The notes under the pieces were generated by a model that did no database searches, had not been told where the DNA came from, and worked only from the letters and a program-made list of their open reading frames with translations. A stretch of 61,714 bases of DNA, counting the filler, from Chiloscyllium plagiosum (Eukaryota): assembly GCF_004010195.1 (NCBI RefSeq). It is 7 parts of one record of this genome, joined end to end, with 100 filler letters (N's around TTAATTAATTAA, not from the genome) between each part and the next. Parts side by side here need not be neighbours in the genome. Positions count along the whole stretch, not along the records: positions 12,232 to 26,159 come from NC_057716.1; 6 more parts are not named here. One strand, 5' to 3'. Of the stretch, positions 12,232-24,022 are shown piece after piece. The number at the start of each line of letters is the position of its first letter. Positions within the stretch are counted from its first letter, which is position 1. A program made the translations under genes and the position numbers.

Positions 12232-13645
12232 GGTCGGTGGGCTGGATGACCGAGTGGGGCAGGGATGGTCAGTGCGCTGGAGGACCGAGCGGGGTGGGGA
12301 TGGCCAGTGCGCTGGAGGACCGAGCGGAGCGGGGACGGTCGGTGGGCTGGATGACCGAGTGGGGCAGGGATGGTCAGTGCGCTGGAGGACCGAGCGGGGT
12401 GGGGATGGCCAGTGCGCTGGAGGACCGAGCGGAGCGGGGATGGTCGGTGGGCTGGATGACCGAGTGGGGCAGGGATGGTCAGTGCGCTGGAGGACCGAGC
12501 GGGGTGGGGATGGCCAGTGCGCTGGAGGACCGAGCGGAGCGGGGATGGTCGGTGGGCTGGATGACCGAGTGGGGCAGGGATGGTCAGTGCGCTGGAGGAC
12601 CGAGCGGGGTGGGGATGGCCAGTGCGCTGGAGGACCGAGCGGAGCGGGGATGGTCGGTGGGCTGGATGACCGAGTGGGGCAGGGATGGTCAGTGCGCTGG
12701 AGGACCGAGCGGGGTGGGGATGGTCAGTGCGCTGGAGGACCGAGCGGGACGGGGACTGTCGGTGGGCTGGAGGACCAAGCGGGGCGTGGATAGTCCATAT
12801 ATTGAAGGACCGAGTGAGGCGGGGATGGTCAGTGGGCTGGAGGACCGAGCAGACGGGGACGGTCAGTGGGCTGGTGGACCGAGCGAGGTGAGGATGGTCA
12901 GTGCGCTGGAGGAATGAGTGAGGCGGGGATGGTCAGTGGGCTGGAGGACCGAGTGAGGTGGGGATGTTCAGTGGGCTGGAGGACCGAGCAGGGAGGGGAC
13001 GGTCAGTGGGCTGGAGGACCAAGTTGGGCAGGGATAGTCCATGTTTTTAGATTACTTACAGTGTGGAAACAGGCCCTTCGGCCCAACAAGTCCACATCGA
13101 CCCGCCGAAGCGCAACCCACCCAGACCCATTCCCCTACTTTACCTCTTCAACTAACACTACGGGCAATTTAGCATGGCCAATTCACCTAACCCTGCACAT
13201 TTTTGGATTGTGGGAGGAAACCGGAGCACCCGGAGGAAACCCACACAGACATAGGGAGAATGTGCAAACTCCACACAGAGAGTCGCCAGAGGCGGGAATT
13301 GAACCCAGGTCTCTGGCGCTGTGAGGCAGCAGTGCTAACCACTGTGCCACCGTGCCGCCCATGTGTTGGAGGACCGAGCGGGGCACGGACGGTCAGCGAG
13401 CTGGAGGACCGAGCAGGGCGGAGGTAGTCCATGTGTTGGAGGACCAAGCGGGACGGGGAGAGTCAGTGGGCTGGAGGACCGAGCGAGGTGAGGACGGTCA
13501 GTGGGCTGGAGGACCGAACGAGGTGGGGATGGTCAGTGCGCTGGAGGACCGAGCGGGGCTGGGATGGTCAGTGTGCTGAAGGATCGAGTGGGGCGGGGAT
13601 AGTCAGCGAGCTGGAGAACCGAGTGGGGCAGGGATGGTCAGTGGG
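12232..13645. repeat. G-rich 35-bp minisatellite with a 105-bp (3-mer) higher-order unit
   Basis: Unit ~GGAGGACCGAGCGGGGTGGGGATGGTCAGTGCGCT. 12232-~12720 is a near-perfect 105-bp repeat and the array degenerates to the right. Confidence 0.95.
13045..13358 (-). mobile_element. HE1-type V-SINE, full length, inserted in the 35-bp array
   Basis: Minus strand GGCGGCACGGTGGCACAGTGGTTAGCACTGCTGCCTCACAGCGCCAG...GTGTGGAGTTTGCACATTCTCCC...TTTCCACACTGTAAGTAATCTAA. TSD CCATGT at 13039-13044 and 13359-13364. Confidence 0.92.
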
Positions 13646-13646
13646 T

Positions 13647-14140
13647 GAAAGGGTTCAGAAAAGATTTACAGTGATGTTGCCAGGGTTGGAGGATTTGATT
13701 GAGAGGGAGACGCTGAATAGGCTGGAGCTGTTTTCCCTGGAGCATCAGAGGGTGAGGGGTGACCTCATAGAAGTTTATAAAATCATGTCGGGCATTGGAT
13801 AGGATAAATAGACAAGATCTTTTCCCTCAGGTGGGGAAGTCCAGAACTAGAGGGCATAGGTTTAGGGTGAGGGGGAAAGAGATAAAAGGGACCCAAGGGG
13901 CAACTTTTCCACATAGAGGGTGGCGCGTGGATGGAATGAGCTGCCAGAGGAAGTGTGGAGGCTGGTACAATTGCAACATTGAAAAGGCATCTGGATGGGT
14001 ATATGAATAGGAAGAGTTTAGTGGGATATGGGCCTAGTGCTGGCAAATGGTACTTGATAAGGTTGGGCTATCTGGTTGGTATGGACGAGTTGGACTAAAG
14101 GGTCTGCTTCCGTGTTGTACATCTCTGTGACTCAATGACT
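13647..14140 (+). mobile_element. CR1 LINE 3' end
   Basis: ERVQKRFTVMLPGLED...LNRLELFSLEHQRVRGDLIEVYKIM, then SRTRGHRFRVRG and the CR1 3' UTR. Confidence 0.92.
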
Positions 14141-14142
14141 CG

Positions 14143-15215
14143 ACTGCTAACACCTTGTAGTTGTAATGTGAAAGGCAATCAAATATGTAAGATTCTTCTG
14201 CAATTGGAAGACAACTGAATAATTCATCCAAACTTGTAAAATCAGTAGTACCTTTTGATCCCACAGCCATGAAAAGTTGTCAAACATCAGCTTAATTAGT
14301 CTCAAGTTGAATGTTGTTTTCTACCTTAGGTTCAATAAACGAGCTTTTGAGATGTCTGACATCTTATCGTTGAGTATTACTATCTCGATCATACTTGGCT
14401 TCTGATCTGGTTAAGGGTCTTTACCATAATGAAAAATTTCCGAGTGAAGTGGTCTTTTCTGCTTCGAAGTGACAAGTATTGAATTCCAATGTTTCACAGA
14501 GCATTGATCACTGTATTTTCAGAATCGTCTAAAAATTTATTTGATCTTGAATGGTGTTCTGCTTCTGTTATGAAGTACTCTGTCACAAGGTGGTAATTTC
14601 ATTTCTTCAGACGACGTTGGGGCATTCATTCTGGTCTGAAATTTGAAATTATTTGGATTCCTGTTAACCTATATAATTTATACCATTACTGGTTCAGATT
14701 ATTACATATTACATCTGTAAAAGTCTTCCAAAGTTGGCATACGGTCATATATCAAAAGGCTTAATAATGGCAAGATTCAGTATTCTGGGTTTTATTTCCA
14801 AAATGCTTGCTGTGGACAGTTCACTTCTGGGCGTATTACCATGATGATTCTGTGGCTGAACTTTGACTCTCTAGAATTCTCTAGAAATGTCCTATTTTCT
14901 TCCAAAAGATTAATTGACATGGTATAGCTGGACAATGTTTCAGTTTATTCTTTTTAACTTCACATCTGGAACAGTAATTTCCAGTATCAAAAGATTTACA
15001 TCTATTTTGTATTAGTATTTTGTATGATATTTTGATGTTTTTATATCTTAGAAAGTCGACGTAGTCTATGTTTGGCTTTCTTTCCCCATATTCTTTTATG
15101 CTGTTTTAAATTTCAGCTTCGACCATGATCTGGAAAGTTCCATCCATTGAGAGATCCCCTTTACATCGTAATATCTCTTTCAGAGATGTATCAGAAATTT
15201 GAAAGACAATTTGCC
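14143..15215 (-). pseudogene. Heavily decayed Ty3/Gypsy gag-protease-RT relic
   Basis: Manual minus-strand translation gives QIVFQISDTSLKEILRCKGDLSMDGTFQIMVEAE (gag C-terminus), CSRCE...HCPAIPCQLIFWKKIGHF (decayed zinc knuckle), VNRNPNNFKFQTR (cf. VNG..FKLDTG protease) and FTSLDELFSCLPIAEES (cf. FSKLD...W.IPL.EES of RT), in the correct order and spacing. Confidence 0.7.
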
Positions 15216-15704
15216 ACGATTTAGTGCTGGTTCCTGGATTTAGTGCTGGCTTGTTATCCCTGTGTCATAACAAAACTCACTCAACACATTAGGCAGGTTA
15301 GGTAGGAGATTCACTCAGTTGTAATGAATGGAAAATAGGCGTTTACTTATTACTTAATAGCTGATTACATTACATTTAATATACGCAATTGTCTCTTGTA
15401 AATCATCAGGCTCAACCTAAGAATAAGTTCATGCTCTGGAACACAAATTATGAAAATAATTTATATGAGACCATAAAATATAGGAGATGAATAAGGCTTT
15501 TTGGCACAAGTAGTCTGCTTCACCTTTCAAACATGGCTGATATGTTTCTCAACACCATTCTCTTACTTTCTTCCTGTAAACCTTTGATCCCTATCTCTGA
15601 CTTGCTGTTGTAGCCACAATATTTATGTGGCTGGATTAGTTCCATTTCTGGTTCAGGGTAACCCTCAGAATGTTGATAGTGGTGCATTCAGATACAATGG
15701 TATC

Positions 15705-16043
15705 ATAGAATCCCTACAGTGTGAAAACAGGCCATTAGATCCAACAAGTTCACACTGACCCTCCGAAGAGTAACCCACCCAGCCCCATCCCCCTACTATA
15801 TTACTCTCCATTTACCCCTGCCTAATGCACCTAACCTACACATCCCTGAACACTATGGGCAATTTAGCATGGCCAATTCACCTAACCTGCACATCTTTGG
15901 ATTGTGGGAAGAAACCAGAGCACCCAGAGGAAACCCACACAGACACAGGGAAAATGTACCAACTCGACACAGAGAGTCTGGAATCGAATCCAGGTCCCTG
16001 GTGCTGTGAGATAGCAGTGTTAACCACTGGGCCACCGTGCCAC
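15705..16043 (-). mobile_element. HE1-type V-SINE inserted in an older CR1-group LINE fragment
   Basis: Same head, core and tail as 13045-13358. GTATCAT flanks both sides. The host LINE reads IQALADKWQAIFTPNMCQ (ORF 15853..16218). Confidence 0.85.
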
Positions 16044-16229
16044 TCCCTGTATCATTGAATGCTAAGGGACAAAGATTGGATTCTCTTTTGCTGGAGACCA
16101 TCATTATTTGGCACATGTTTGGCGTGAATATAGCTTGCCACTTATCAGCCAAAGCCTGAATAGTGCCCATATGCTTTTGGACAAGGACTGAACCAATATC
16201 TGCAGAACAGTTGTCCATGAGAAACTTCA

Positions 16230-16680
16230 GTTATAGAATCATAGAGTCATAGTCTACAGCACGGAAACAGACCCTTCAGTCCTACCAATCCATGCTGACC
16301 ATGTTCCCAAACTAATCAAATCTTCCTGCTTGTGCTTGGCCCACATTCCTCCACACCATTCCTATTCACAAACTTATCCAAATGTCTTTTAAATGTTCTA
16401 ACTCTACCTGCATCCACCACTTTCTCTAGCAGTTCATTCCACACATGAACCACTCTCCATGTAAAAAAAGTTGGTCCACATGCCCTTTTTAGATCTTCCT
16501 CTTCTCACCTTAAAAATATCCCCTAACTTTGAACCCCCACCGCCCCCCCCCCCATCCTCAGGATAAGATGCTTGTCATTCACCTTATATATGTCCCTCAT
16601 GATCTTATAAACCTCACTCCTCAACCTCCTTTGCTCCGGTGAAAAAGGTCCCTGCCTTTCCAGTCTATTCAGCTCTTTGT
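16230..16680 (-). mobile_element. CR1 3' fragment
   Basis: (CATAGAAT/GT) tail and FSPEQRRLRSEVYKIMRDI translation. Confidence 0.85.
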
Positions 16681-17670
16681 TACCAACATTCTGGGAATAA
16701 ATATATGAGACAAAGGCTTGATCCAAAAAGAAGTATCATATGTTAGAATCAACAGAATATAACACAGAAGGAAGTCATGCAGGACCTTATACCTTTGCTA
16801 GCTCTTGAGAAGTATCCAATTAGTTTTAGTTTCCTGTTCATCCACCACAAGTGTGCAACTTTCTTTTTCCTCTTCAATTGTAAATCCAATTACCTTTCTA
16901 ATGTCGACAATATAGACCATTTAAATCCCACTGACAACCATTCAACCTGGTTCTATTGAGCACAGATTTTATATAGCTCATGATGCCACACTTACAGAAT
17001 TAAAAGGAAATCTGCAAAATATTACAGCTCTCCCTATTCAGCTTCAAACAAAATTAATTCAATGGAGCACAAAATAATTAACGTGTTTCATTTTCAATAC
17101 GAAGAAGAGAAAAGCACACGCAACCTCAAAGCAATCATCAGCTCATGAAGCCGTATTACACAGAATTTGAAGAGAATAATTTGTTAAACATCAGCCAAAG
17201 CCAATTCTGCTTTTGGATTGGGGTTATCAAGAATCTGTTTTATTGTGAGTTGGCAGCAGCTGTTTTGTAGTGATACCTAATAATGTGAAGTGATTTTTAT
17301 CATTGTTATCATTCTTGTGATTTAAATGGGTTATTATAACTCATAGGGGTATGTTTTATCTGTATTTTTCTCCATATATGCCAAAGGAAGTTAAGTATTG
17401 AATACTATTTATCATTTCAGTTATCAAGTCAACAGCCTTCCACATAGTCCAGGAGGATGTGAGGAAAATCAACGCAATGTGGATGCAATCTGAAAACAAT
17501 AAGCTGAAGACCTCAGATGAAAATGCTGCAGAAACTCAGACTCAGATATGGAGTTAACCCTTCAAATCCTATGTGAATTTTCACTCTCAATGTTAACTCT
17601 GTTTCTCTCTCCATCAACGCTGTAAGAACTCCTCCATTTCTCCAGCATTATTTGTTTTTACTTCAGATTT

Positions 17671-17888
17671 GAAAATGTGTTGCTGGAAAAGCGCAGCACG
17701 TCAGACAGCATCCAAGGAGCAGGAAAATCGACATTTCGGGCATGAGCCCTTCTACTGGAATTCCTGAAGAAGGGCTCACGCCCGAAACGTCGATTCTCCT
17801 GCTCCTTGGATGCTGCCTGACCTGCTGCGCTTTTCTAGCAATACATTTTCAGCTCTGATCTCCAGCATCTACAGTCCTCACTTTCTCC
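17671..17888. mobile_element. PLE inverted pLTR pair (hairpin insertion) with two hammerhead motifs and ~15-bp TSD
   Basis: 17671-17760 is the reverse complement of 17761-17850, centred on GGAATTCC. TTTTA(C/T)TTCAGATTT at 17656-17670 and 17889-17903. It sits inside an older pLTR of another family. Confidence 0.9.
17759..17796 (+). ncRNA. Minimal type I hammerhead ribozyme motif (PLE family A)
   Basis: CTGAAGA-A-GGGC-TCAC-GCCC-GAAAC-GTC: intact CUGANGA/GAAA core, 4-bp helix II, palindromic ACGT helix III, GUC site. Confidence 0.8.
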
Positions 17889-18169
17889 TTTTATTTCAGA
17901 TTTCCAACATTTGCGATATTTTGTTCTTGATTAAGCTGAAGATATTCACTGTAGGCCTTCAGAACATTTTGTATTCTGTAGGGTCGGTGGCAACATTTTA
18001 TAATTTTGGGTGTCCCTTTTGGATATCAGTATTTCAAACCCAAAGGGGATGACAAGGTGCCCTGAGTTAAGAGTCCATTTCTTCTTTGCTTCATGAAAAT
18101 GGGATTTATGGGCTTGGAGGAGAGCCTGTATAAAGTCAGGATTTCCCTCTCCTTTGGCAGTCCCTCAGA

Positions 18170-19150
18170 ATTGAGAGTAACTTTCTTCCTCTCTGGAGTT
18201 GTGGATCTCAAAGTGGCTAAATCACTCAATGCTGGATCCACAACATGCCACAGGTGGGGGAGGTCCTGTTTGCTGAAGTAGATAGGTTAGATGCTTAGCT
18301 TTCGACAGACCACTTCCAATGTTTGGAAGGCCTCCACCTAGACCTGTCAGAGGTATACAAAATGGTTGGGGACTGCTTAGTCTCCAGTTTGACCAGTCTT
18401 AGGCAAGAGTTTCCACTCATTAGTGGAGATATTACATTATTTCAGGGAGGATTTGAAGACATCCTTAAAGCAATTCTTCTGCCCTCCTGTTGACCCCTTT
18501 CCCATGATGACGTTCAGGGTAGACAGTTTGTTTGGAAATCTTGTTTCAGACATGTGGACAATGTTACTCACCCAATATAGCTGTAACAAGCACCTTATTA
18601 GTGAGGATGTTGACCCAAGAGAGGACATCGCTATTGGAATGCCTATCCTGCCAGTGGATTTACAAGATTTCACCACCATTGGTGCAACTTCTTGAGGAAG
18701 TCTGCTATACGTTGTGCATATCGCCAGTCCTTTAGGAGTGCTGGTAAGACTGTCGTCCTGGAGACAATGGGCTTGGTGACAGGTAAGAGGTCTTTGTCAA
18801 CAAATACACTAGCCCTCAGGCAGCCAAATGTTACACTGGCACATTGGAGATGACATAGAATTTCATCTTCAAAGTCCATACTCACTACAGGAGGTTCCCA
18901 AGGAATGAGAATTGATCCAAGTTGCTGTGGATCTTGGTAGTTAGAGGACAGTATGGCCCGATGAGACCAGGTTGCTTTGTATTACAGATCTTTAAGTTAA
19001 GGCCCATTTTCACTTCTACCTCTATGAGTGCATCAATGATGGTTTGGCCTCTGAGCATTTGCTCATGCAAGCATTGTCTGCATATACAGCTCAATGGCAG
19101 AGCTTTGGGTTGTTCTAGGTTGAAGTTTCTCATGTGTCTTGTCAATTAGT
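18170..19150 (-). mobile_element. RTE-clade LINE relic (RT C-terminal region)
   Basis: Frameshifted pieces: MGLNLKICNTK...DQFSFLGNLL, FEDEILCHLQCASVTFGCLRASVF...TKPIV and QLYWVSNIVHMSETRFPNK...GKGSTGGQKNCFKDVFKSSLK, typical of RTE ORF2 ends. Confidence 0.85.
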
Positions 19151-20842
19151 GCAATGCCAGTAGGAAGCTTCATTGATATTGTTACACCTCGTTGGGGTAG
19201 TGTGCTGGAAATCAAGTCTTGCCATTCTCAGAGTCTTCAGAAAAGATTTTATAAAATGATGCAAAATTCCCCATTTTACCTGTAGAAAGCATGAAAAGAT
19301 TTTTGGATTTAGCAAGAATCACTGTTTCTTACAAATGAATAGATTCTAACCACAGATAAACAATATAACACAAGGAGTTAAAACTCTAACCCTCTTATAA
19401 AATTCCCTCTAAATGTACATCTAGACACAGGAAAACATTAGTGTTATAGTTGGGAAGGAAGGTCTGAAATGCTTCCTCTTCCCAAGGTTGACTGAGATGA
19501 TCCTTTTGGCTTGTTAGGACCTGACGCTCCATGATCTTCCTCCTCCCATGCTTTCACTTCGTTGCACAATGCAGATTCACTGGTTCACACTCAGTAAAGA
19601 CTCTGATTTAGGTTAAAGTCACAGCTTACAACAATTAAGGAGGATTTTCTTTACAACTGGGTATTTGTTAACTATACGGAGAAGGATGTTACCTTGGTTC
19701 TGGAGGTCCAATTAGTTCTGACCCAAACATTCATAAAAGTATGGGAAACACCAGAATGACATTACAAAATTCTGTTAGCAGCACTTCATGGCTGCAAATT
19801 ATTTACCTCTTCAGAGCCCCAGGGAAAATTGCTTCAGATAAGCTGCAACTTTCCTAAAGCAGAACAAGAATCTTTGCAGTCAACGTCTTCTTTTGACCCA
19901 AAATTAAACTTCACTCGTTCAAAAAACTTAGGTTTTGCAAATTGAACAAGGTGTCACCAACTCTTAACTTTCTTTGCATTGGACACAAATCATATTTTAT
20001 TATTTTTAGGATGAACATTTGTTTTATGATATGGATCATTAATATTTTTGTATGGGTTCTCATTAATATGAAAATTACATCTACGAAAGTAAAAAAAAAA
20101 CCTTGGTTCATAAGGGAATAAAAGATTGGTGCAAGCATCTGCACTTGCATATACAGTTTAAGAAAAGAAATGTAATATAGCAATGCAGATAAGTTCTATC
20201 TGAATCTTGATTTTTGTGTTACACATGAATTTGAACATTATTTGTACCCTACCCGTGTAAGTTATCCAATCCAAACACAGCAATTTCCCACATGGTTGGC
20301 TTAAAAATTCTGGGTCTTGGGGTTTCCAAAATTTATTAAAAATAATTTAAAATCATTCACGTTTTTAAAAGAGTTGCAAAACCCTTGAGGAGCAATAGAG
20401 TTGCCATAGTGGGACCTTCACATAGGTGACGTTTGATTCTACAAACTCTCACATTCCTGGTCACCAGTTCTAAAGTCTTATTTGGATTGGAGTCCATTTA
20501 CCAGAGTTTTCAGAACTGTTTTCAAATGATTTTCCATTGTTACAGTAACATGAAAATGTATAAAGTGGATTTCAGTAAGAATTATGATGAAAACATTTAT
20601 ATCCATAAGCTGTTCGGCACCCTGAGCGCTAATGGCATTGCTGTTAGCAGACAGAAGGCCTTTGTCATCAACAACTGGGCACTATTATCTTGCTCTTCAA
20701 TGGAATTATCATCACTGAAATCCCCCACTATCACTATCAAGAATATCACGATGGACAATGACTACAGGAGGAGTCAGAAGTTGAGAGTAACCCTTCTCCT
20801 ATCTCCTCAGTACCTTTCCACTATCTAAAAGGTGATGGGACA

Positions 20843-21712
20843 CTTCAGTAAGGCATTCGACAAAGTTCCCCATGGGAGACTGATTAGCAAGGTGAGATCT
20901 CACGGAATACAGGGAGAACTTGCCATTTGGATACAGAACTGGCTCAAAGGTAGAAGACAGAGGGTGGTGGTGGAAGGTTGTTTTTCAGAGGTCTGTGTCC
21001 AGTGGAGTGCCACAAGGATCAGTGCTGGGTCATCTACTTTTTGTCATTTATATGAGTGATTTGGATGCGAGCATAAGAGGTATAGTTAATAAGTTTGCAG
21101 ATGACACCAAAATTGGGAGTATAGTGGACAGCGAAGAAGGTTACCTCAGATTACATCAGGGCCAAGAAGTGGCAGATGGAATTTAATTCAGATAAATGCG
21201 AGGTGTTGCATTTTGGGAAAGCAAATCTTAGCAGGACTTATACACTTAATGGTAAGGTCCTGGAGAGTGTTGCTGTACAATGAGACCTTGGAATGCAAGT
21301 TTATAGCTCCTTGAGAGTGGAGTCACAGGTAGACAGGATAATGAAGAAGGCATTTGGTATGCTTTCTTTTATTGATCAGAGTATTGAGTACAGGAGTTGG
21401 GAGGTCATGTTGCGACTGTACAGGACATTAGTTAGGCCACTGTTGGAATATTGCATGCAATTCTGGTCTCCTTCCTAACGGAAAGATGTTGTGAAACTTG
21501 AAAGTGTTCAGAAAAGATTTACAAGATGTTGCCAGGGTTAGAGGATTTGAGCTATGGGGAGAGGCTGACCAGGCTGGGGCTGTTTTCCCTAGAGCGTTGG
21601 AGGCTGAGGGGTGACCTTATAGAGGTTTCCAAAATTATGAGGGGCATGGATAAGGGCTGGACCGAAGGGTCTGTTTCCATGCTGTACATCTCTATGACTC
21701 TATGACTCTATG
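20843..21712 (+). mobile_element. CR1 RT fragment to 3' end (internally deleted)
   Basis: FSKAFDKVPHGRL, SGVPQGSVLG, KFADDTK, LYRTLVRPLLEYC. Ends in (CTATGACT)n. Confidence 0.95.
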
Positions 21713-21999
21713 AAACTTGCCTGAATTAGTCCATCCAGGACAAAGCAGCCAACTTATTTGCCATCTACCTTCAATGTTCATTCCTCCATCATCAGCACAC
21801 AGTGGCAGTAATGTGTATCATCAACATGTGATATACTGCAGGAACTCACTCAGGATCCCACAACAACACCTTCCAAATGTGGGACATTTACCATCTTGAA
21901 AGACATGACCTGCAGATGAATGGGGATCTGCCAACTGTGAGTTCACATTCAAGCCACATGTCAGCCTGACTTAGAACTATATTACCATTTACAGCCACA

Positions 22000-22305
22000 G
22001 AGTCAGACAGCATGGAAACGGACCCTTCGGCCCAACCCGTCCATGCTGACCATGTTTCCTAAACTGCATGTTTCCATTTCCCTGCATTTGGCCCATATTC
22101 CTCAAAAGTTATTCAACTTATCTCAGCAGCATTAATTTATAAACCTTTATCAGGTCACCCCACAGCCTCTTCCATTCCAGGAAAAATAGTCCCAGCCTCT
22201 CCAGCCTCTCCTTATAACTCAAACCTTCCAATCTTGGTAGCATCCTTGTAAATCTTTTTTGCACTTTTTCCAGTTTATTAGCATCCATTCGATAGCAGGG
22301 TAAGA
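22000..22305 (-). mobile_element. CR1 3' fragment
   Basis: CAGCATGGAAACGGACCCTTCGGCCCAAC tail, collinear with other CR1 ends. Confidence 0.8.
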
Positions 22306-22371
22306 AGAATTCAGTCTTTCAGCCCAAATCCTGAAGTTCCATTCTGTAAAGCACTGTGGATGTTTCGACAC

Positions 22372-22885
22372 TTAGCCTGGTATCTCAGCAGCTCAGCCTG
22401 GTGTGTTGACAGCTTCTGGTGGGTCTCAGCCTGGTCTCTCAACAGTCTTTCATCCTGGTCTCTCGGCATCTCATGCCGGTGTCTCAGCCTGGTCTCTCAG
22501 CAGCTCTCAGCCTGATTTCTTGGTGGTTCCTGACCATGTTTTGGCCTGGTCTCTCGCCTGTTCTCAGCCTGATTTCTTGGGGCTCCTGACCATGTCTTGC
22601 CCTGGACTCTCAGCAGCTCTCAGCTGGTTTCTTGGCAACTCCTGACCATGTCTCGGCCTGGTCTCTCGACTGTTCTCAGCCTGGTTTTTTGGCTCAACCT
22701 GACGGTGTTTCGGCCTGGTCTCTCAACTGTTCTCGGCCTGATTTCTTGGCAGGTCCTGACATGTCTCGGCCTGATCTCCACGGCAGCTCTCAGCCTGATT
22801 ATCTTGGCAGCTCCTGACAGTGTCTCGACTTGGTTTCTTAGCAGTATCTTGGCCCGGAGTCTTGGCAGCTCATGATGGTGTCTCG
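22372..22885. repeat. Degenerate ~39-bp VNTR (two ~20-bp subunits)
   Basis: Recurring TCTCAGCCTGGTCTCTC / TCTCAGCCTGATTTCTTGGCAGCTCCTGACCATG. Confidence 0.85.
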
Positions 22886-23300
22886 ATTTGGCATGCGAGA
22901 GGGTCCTGCCCAGGCATGTTTCCAAGGCACCAGGGGAAATCGGAGAAGCAGCAGGGACAGCATCGCTATCCAACATGTGAAGAGTGGACGGTGATGGAAT
23001 TCCCTCAGAATATGCAGTGGTGGTGTCGAGAACAGGCAGCTGAGGTCTCCTGGAGAGCGAGATATGAGGAGCTTTGATAAAAGACTGTTGAACTTTTAAC
23101 TTTATTCCTTTCCTTTCCCAGTTTAAATTAAGAAAGACTTTAATGTCAACCACTACCTTATTTCTTTATTTTTCTGCTAGTCTATGAAGTAATGCGTAAC
23201 TTTTTAAACTCTGTTTCTCTTACTACTTGGTACCTAAGATGGTGCCATGTGTAGCATTATACTCTTTTCACTGTACTCCTGTACTTCTTTAATACACGTG
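22372..23300 (+). mobile_element. Composite non-autonomous element: VNTR + unique body + L2-like 3' tail
   Basis: Ends CTTTTCACTGTAC...TACACGTGACAATAAAATTCAAATTAAA, resembling L2/L2-SINE tails. The host LINE sequence resumes on both sides. Confidence 0.55.
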
Positions 23301-23897
23301 ACAATAAAATTCAAATTAAAAACTGCAGCAGCTGAAGAACCATCAGAGAAGGCAATAAAGGCAGGCCCAACCAGCAATGCCCACTTCCCGTCAACAAATT
23401 AAAGAAAAGCTGGGATCACATCCTCTGCCTAACAGCCAGAATGAAATTATCTTCGCATTTGATCTGCAACAGTTGAGGAAAATTGCTGACCTTCTCAAAG
23501 GCATATTGTGAGTGGCAGTGATGATCAGTCTTTGGATGATTAAAAATGATATCCAACAGCTAAAGGACATCTTGGTCTCACTGCAACAGTGCTTTATGGT
23601 TATAAGTGTTTGGGGATCTTATGAGGTTATCAAAGAAAATAAATCAATGCAAATTATTTATTTTACGTTCTTTACATAACATTCGGGATTGTTTGTAACA
23701 AAACAATATTTGGTGCCTATTTTCCTTCCACAGAATCTGTTTTGCACTGACACCCAGATGAACAAGCAGACAGACTTCGTAAAGTAGGTTGTGAGCAGCC
23801 TGTGAACAATTGCGTGGCATCCCATTTTTACAGGGCAGCTGCTAACACTACTTGTTACTCAAAGTTCTGTCAAATAATAACAATATTCACAATAAAC

Positions 23898-24022
23898 AGG
23901 ATGTGGAGTTGCTGGTCTGGACCAGGGTGGATAGAGTCATGAGTCACATGACACCAGGTTATAGTCCACCAGGTTTATTTGATATCACAAGTTTGCAGAG
24001 CGCATCTCCTTTGTCAGGTGAG
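23898..24022 (-). mobile_element. PLE family C pLTR fragment with decayed hammerhead
   Basis: Reverse complement CACCTGACAAAGGAGATGCGCTCTGCAAACTTGTGATATCAAATAAACCTGGTGGACTATAACCTGG matches 57993-58110. Confidence 0.7.

Larger units (their letters stand above)
20640..23410 (+). mobile_element. Old CR1-group LINE 3' region split by three younger insertions
   Basis: Collinear host pieces at 20640-20840, 21715-21995, 22310-22371 and 23301-23410, ending GGCAATAAAGGCAGGCCCAACCAGCAATGCCCACTTCCC, the tail shared with the non-HE1 SINE. Confidence 0.6.

Noticed and set aside
12237..12917. 226-aa and 179-aa repetitive proteins
   Set aside because: They are by-products of a stop-free 105-bp repeat, start at an assembly join and have no gene context.
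13290..13358. tRNA gene
   Set aside because: It is the tRNA-derived SINE head, continuing into the V-domain and LINE tail, with no complete cloverleaf.
13183..13447. ORFs like CGRKPEHPEETH / LCGVCTFSLCLCGFPPG (also 15825, 40187, 41584)
   Set aside because: Translations of HE1 SINE sequence.
19250..20560. Possible solo LTR remnant
   Set aside because: Only a compositional impression; no second copy, clear TG...CA ends or TSD could be established.
23734..23790. Exon after the strong acceptor TTTTCCTTCCACAG
   Set aside because: No recognisable peptide, weak donor and no supporting neighbours.
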